From: Diplonema japonicum
Taxonomy: Eukaryota; Protista; Euglenozoa: Diplonemea
Length of the DNA: 64,000 nucleotides
Reading direction: 5' to 3'
Assembly: GCA_964019335.1 (NCBI GenBank)
Contig: OZ025709.1
Coordinates: 372,001-436,000, forward strand
Within the stretch, counting starts at the first letter, position 1. Each line of letters opens with the position of its first letter. Positions 58,786-64,000 of this stretch are shown piece after piece. Made by a program: the position numbers and the translations under genes. The notes under the pieces were generated by a model, which was given only the letters and a program-made list of their open reading frames with translations, was not told where the DNA came from and searched no databases.

Positions 58786-59146
58786 CGTCTTTTCCTTTTC
58801 TTTTTTTTTTCTTTTCTTCTTCCCTTTGTGTGTTGTTTTTGCATTGAGAAAAAACGGGGGGGGGGGGGATGGCTTTAAAAAAAACAAAAACAACAGGGGT
58901 GGCGGGGGGGGGAAGAGATAAAAAAGAAAAAAAAACACTTTTTTTTGAAAAGGAAGAGGGGTGATTTTTTTTTTTTAAAAAAATATAAAAAGACACACTT
59001 TCTTCCCCCCCCCCCTTTTCCCCTTCCGTCCCAACGAGAAAAAAAAAAAAGAAGAATCGCTGATAAATAATGAGGGGAGGGAAAAATCTAACAGCACACA
59101 ACACACACAACACAATAAGAGGGGCGGTTACAGGACCACCCATTAT

Positions 59147-61814
59147 TCAAAGCCCGAGTTGAGAGAGAAGCTGTCTCCGTTGAGAGAGGCGTGTTGCGGT
59201 CTTGGTAGCAGGGGGGATGCGGAGCTGCGACTGGAAGGAGATGATTGCACGAGCAATCTTTGTTTATTTTATACTTTTTCTTTCTTTTTTTTTTTCCTGC
59301 ATACCTCTAGCAAACGTGCCTTCTCCCCTGTGCCGTGTTGGCTTATGTCCTCGGACACCATTGCCTGGTATACCATGTCCAGAACCTTTGTCACTGTGAT
59401 GTGAACCACCTTCCTTACAGTGCCAGCATCGCACCTGTAGTTCACCTCTTCCACCAGTCTGGGGACATCCGTCTTCCCTCGTGGGAGGATGTCCAGTGAG
59501 CTGTATGCCTGTTGTGGTGTTGCGTTGAGTGAAGAAAAGTAAGAAAACACGTACCTGCCACGCTCTTGCCACATCGTGACCATTCACGTTCCAACACAGC
59601 ACCGCAGCCCAGTACAGCTGCTCGAAGGTGCGGAGCGGCAGACCTTCTGTCCGCTCGCATGCTGTGCTCATTACCTGGAAGTGCGAGAACACCAACCGCC
59701 CAGCCTGTGTGTGTGTGTGTGTGTATGTGTGATTTGTTGTAGGCTACCTGAAGGACGTCCTGCGTGGTCCTGTTAAGGTTCCCCGCCTCCTCCATCGCCT
59801 CTATCGCATGCGATATCTTCGGGTTCACGAAGGAGAGCAGCTCCCTCACCGCTGCGCCCACCGCCGCACTGCCGCCCGCACCTTCCGCGGCAATGACGTG
59901 GTGTATGGAGATGAGGTACAGTTCCACAGCAAGCTGCACGGAGCCCCTCTCGCGTGCCGTGTCTGCGGCCAATCGGGCGAGCTTGCCGCACGTAGACGGG
60001 TGCCACGCACTGGCGGCCGCACTGTTGCGTGTGTTGACCGTGCCGTCGGGCGACGCTGTGCCGAGCAGCTTCTCGCACGCAGCCCTGTTCATGCACACAG
60101 AGGTAAAGGCACGCTGCATCTCGACCTCCGGCAGCAGCCTCAGGTAGTACAACCCTGCCGTGGCGTCGTGCGGGATGAGCTTCACCACGTACTCCTCGAG
60201 CTGCGTCTGTATCTGGTGGCTCATGGCGGCGTTGTCGGCGAGGAGGCCGTGGCGCGTCAGCATGAGTGCCAAGTGGAGGCCTTCGATGCCGAAGTCAACA
60301 AGGTCGTCGAGGCAGGTGGGCGGGAGGAAGGCGGCGATGGCTTTAGCGTAGCACTGAGACCACAGCATCACCTTGCAGTAGAGGAGGGGGTCGAGAGGCG
60401 TGGAGAGCTCAGAGGGCGGCACGTTCTCTACGACGCTCACGTAGTACTTAAGCGAGTAGGGTGCCTGCTGCAGGTCCTGGGTGCTGCTGAGCTCTGGCGG
60501 CGGTGCCACACAGTTAATGAGCGACAGGTGCAACCACACGTGGTCCTGCGCGAAGCGTAGGGCGGGTGTGTTGAGAAGGGCGGCACGGACACGTTCCACA
60601 TCCTTCGCCGTCGCGGCTCTGCTCAGAATCAACCTCACGGCGTGCTTGTAGGGGTTGCTGCTCAGCTCGTAGTCGCTGAACTCCCGCAGCTGTCTGGACT
60701 GCTGCGGCTTTGGTACCAGCGCCATGCTCCCCGAGCCCGTCCTGCGAACGGCTGGCCAGTGGCTCTCCGCTGCCAAGGCGGCATGTGCGTCACCCGCATT
60801 GGTGAGTGTGGAAATCAGGCCCTTAATGTCGCCTGCCCTGAGGCACAGGTAGGCGATGACCCACTGCTCTACATCGGACGACGTCCCACCGCACTGCTGC
60901 GATCGAGAGTAGACCTCGGCAAGCTTCAGGATGTCCCTGCCCGCTGCCGCGTTGTGCTCGCTGTTGAGGAACACAGCGAAGCCCTCTTCCAGCAATTCCT
61001 TGCAGGATGCGACCCTTGCTAGCTCAGGGGAGAGCCCCGCTTCGCACGGCGTGGACGTGGCCTCCAAGATGCGCGAGGCAGTGTCCCACATCTCCAGTGT
61101 AGCTGTTTTGAGGTGTTCCGGCCGCTCGCCGTTGGGGCCCATGTTTGAGAGCTGACGCAGCTGGTGCACCTGGAGCTTCGCGGAGCTGGTGTCGTCGACT
61201 GCGGGGAGGTTCTGCACGGCTGAGGAGTACTGCTGCGCACGCCAGTCGAGGGGGAGGGTTGTCTTCTTGGCGGTGGAGGCGGCGCCCCATTGCGGGGCCT
61301 GCCCCTCGTAGGCGATGAGCTGGCTGTCTTTAACTACATTTTGCTGGCCGATGACGGAGCGCATGACGCCCACTCTCTCCACGAGGCCTGTGTTGGTGGC
61401 ACGGAAGTCAGTAACGAGGTGCTTCCAGTAGAGACGCTGCCCGCGGGTGTTGGCGTTCTGTTTGGCTTTTTCCAACCAGGTTGCGATGCGCTCAGCGTGG
61501 CGGCGGTGCAACTCCTGATCGAGGTCACCATCGGGATCAAGGAAGCGGGGGTGGTCCGAGGGGCTGACCTCGACGACTCCCCGCGTAACTACGGCTTCCC
61601 GTGCCTGTTCCGTGGCACGTCTGTGCTGTGTATCCCCGCCCATGGCAACGTTCGTGCCTGCTTTCTGCGCCGCTGCCTTTTCGATTTCCTGGATCTTCTC
61701 TCTTTGCGCGACTAGTGTTGGCCTTGGCCTGTCCCCCTTCGCCCCCAACAAGAACTCCGCGTCGTACGCCAGCTGCTGCACCATCATTTGCAACTTCCGT
61801 TCATTTGCTTGCAT
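59147..61814 (-). CDS. NUP93: Nucleoporin Nup93/Nic96-like (~843 aa); 3 introns
   Basis: W..AYLCLRAG, NPYKHAV, QDHVWLHL, PLLYCKVML...HLALML motifs. GT-AG introns 59705-59747, 59509-59554, 59258-59304. Start codon inferred. Confidence 0.75.
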
Positions 61815-62604
61815 CTTTCTTGATACCGTGATGCCCCTCCAGCACCTGGCAGGTTTTTCCTTCAAGCTCAACCAAAAAAAATAGTTTTTTTTTTTTGCAA
61901 TAATGGAACGATAAAACTAGGAAACAAGGAGCAGAGTGGAGAAGGAGAAAGAAGAAAAAAAAATAAGGAGGGGGAGGGGGAAAAGGGAGGGGAGGAGGGG
62001 GGGGGGATGAATTTATTGCACTAATAAAATCCATTGACGCAGGATCTGTTCTCTTTCCCCCCCCCCCTTTTTCCCTTCCCCGTTCTCTTCAGGTGTCTCT
62101 CTGAAGGGGGGGGGGAGGGAAAAGAAGGCTTGGTAACAAAAAAGGGGGGTGTGCGAAGGAGATAATTCACTACAGCTCTTACTCACTGTGGATGTCTGGT
62201 GAGATCTTCACACGGCAGATTAGATTTTTTTTTTTAAAAAAAGAATAAGAAAAACAGGGTGGGCAGCAAAGTGCAACAAGGGGAGAACCTACACTACTGG
62301 ACATGTGCGTGTTAAGAAAAGAATGGGGGTGGGGGGTAGGAAAACACACTTTTTTTTTATTATATATTTGTTCATCTCTCTCTTATTTTTTTTTCTTTCT
62401 GCACAAAAAAAAAAGAAGAAAAAAAAAAAAAAAAACACACTACTTAAAAATGTCTCCGTCACCCCCCTACTTCTTTGCTCCCCACCCCTTCCTACAGCCA
62501 ACACAGGGTACTATAGGTATTCTTCTGAACCCTTCCCTTCTTTTTTTTTCTTTTTTGTTTGTCCCCCCCCCCCCCCCCCCCCCCTCTCGTTCCGTCCTCT
62601 TTTT

Positions 62605-64000
62605 CTAGTTGCTTTCTTGACTACATGCAAGTTTCTTCAGTTTGTTCATGAAGGTCTGCAAATTTGCGTCGTCAGTGTGGATGACCTATAAAAAAAAAAA
62701 AAAAAAAAGTATTTTTTTCTTTGCTCCGCAAACACAAACCTGAGTCTCGGACCCCACGGAGGAAGAAGAGGTGTCGCTGGGGTTGGTTTTGTAGAGGAGG
62801 TACCTGGCTTGGCTGCCATATTGGTCACAAATAGTGATCTTGGGGACAGGGAAACGCCTTTCAAGGATTTTGGCCATGTCGGTGTGGGGTGCTTTGAGCT
62901 GCTGGCCGAAAGACTCATACTCAGGCTGCTCATGGTACTTCATGTCCCTCCACTCAGCAATGGTCCTTCCATGGTGGATGATGATATCGAAGTACGTGTC
63001 GCACAATAGAATATTGTCATACTTGATACTCTTGGAGTCAAGTAGAACAGGCTGTGCCTCGTTGGTACCGTACTCGTACGCCATGAGCGAGGGCTGCAGC
63101 ATCACCACGCACTGAGGGACGGTTTCCCGGAACAAACACGACCTGAAGAATACAGTCTCGTCAACAGAGCTGTTAAACACCTGCAGGAACTCCGACCGCC
63201 TCAAATGGTACATAAATTGCGGGAACAACGAGTACTGCTGGTCCAGCTGCAGCGAGTCGGGGTCGCCAGGGTTGTAATTCGCAAACTTCTGCACGAACCG
63301 GATCAGCAACCTGTCCACCCATCGTAAAGTTGGCGGCAACGTGTTCCCGCTTTGTTCCATGTACTTCGCTGCCATCCTTCCGATAACACTTGCTGCCGTC
63401 ATCTGGTCGAAGGCGTAGACAGCGTTCATGACTGATTTGTGCGATGATTGTGCGATTTGCTGGCAGGTTGTGGTCACTCTTAGGCGTCGCACCCCGTTGC
63501 AGTCTACGAAAGACGTGATGAACTGCGCCAACCTGTTCCCCGATGAAGGGCTCTGTCCTTCCTCTTCCGGATCGAATACAACGCAGAAGCTTGTGTTTTG
63601 GTCTATCGTCGCTGTGCTCCATGCGCATGTCCTTGCCTCCCCCACTTCCACCTTGGTGCTCACGTTCGGGCTGCTCTTCTCCAGCCCTCTGCACGGTCCG
63701 ATGCAGCCGGCGATTTTCGTTTCACTCGACGTTTGCACCTCCAGCACAGCGTCAAAGAACATATTGTTCACACCTCTGTCCTCCAGCCGTTGGAACATTT
63801 TTTGCATTGAATTTTTGAACACCGGTGAGTGGAAGGTGTCGCTAGACAGTATGTACCCCCCTGTGTAGGTCACAGCCTCGGACAGCTCCAGCAGACCGAC
63901 CTGCGATTATCATTATTATTTTCTGTATTGTGCGCAGACCTGGTCTAACGATATCATGAACAGGTCCAAGCAGAACCCGATCGCTTTCAGCCTTGTGGCG
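62605..64000 (-). CDS. SEC23: COPII coat protein Sec23, 3' part (5' end outside window); 2 introns seen
   Basis: LDQVGL, RRLRVTT, FPQFMYHLRRS, CDQYGSQARYLL, IHTDDANLQTFM motifs. Introns 63901-63939 and 62686-62739. Confidence 0.95.

Noticed and set aside
20072-64000. Possible non-canonical introns, programmed frameshifts or stop-codon reassignment to explain broken ORFs
   Set aside because: Every break in a host gene is resolved by a GT-AG intron that restores frame and homology; multi-kb exons contain no in-frame stops.
1-64000. tRNA, rRNA, spliced-leader RNA genes and the ingi/L1Tc 77-nt signature
   Set aside because: None recognised by eye; tRNAscan-SE and Infernal would be needed to exclude them formally.

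Overview
Eukaryotic genomic DNA. The organism is inferred, not proven, to be a euglenozoan, probably diplonemid-like. Every intact host gene lies on the minus strand in one head-to-tail cluster, with short homopolymer-rich spacers and tiny (34-82 nt) canonical GT-AG introns. Core genes: Sec23 (5' end outside the window), Nup93/Nic96, two PI-PLC-like phosphodiesterase paralogues, a DNAH1-like inner-arm dynein heavy chain, clathrin heavy chain, a DHHC palmitoyltransferase and several hypotheticals. There is also a ~2740-aa ABCA transporter fused to a sterol-glucosyltransferase-like domain and a DysF domain. The left ~15 kb is accessory: a broken APE+RT LINE, two ubiquitin-like/LRR genes with identical N-halves and divergent repeat arrays, and pogo, piggyBac and hAT-like DNA transposon relics. 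The most notable signal is a set of short non-coding dispersed elements that begin with an HDV-like (nested double-pseudoknot) ribozyme fold. One copy is complete (19796-19929, minus), two lack the first helix strand, and one has the core deleted. Two covarying families are present, and all four copies lie in sense orientation ~120-215 nt downstream of a host stop codon. All structures were folded by eye and no database searches were run.
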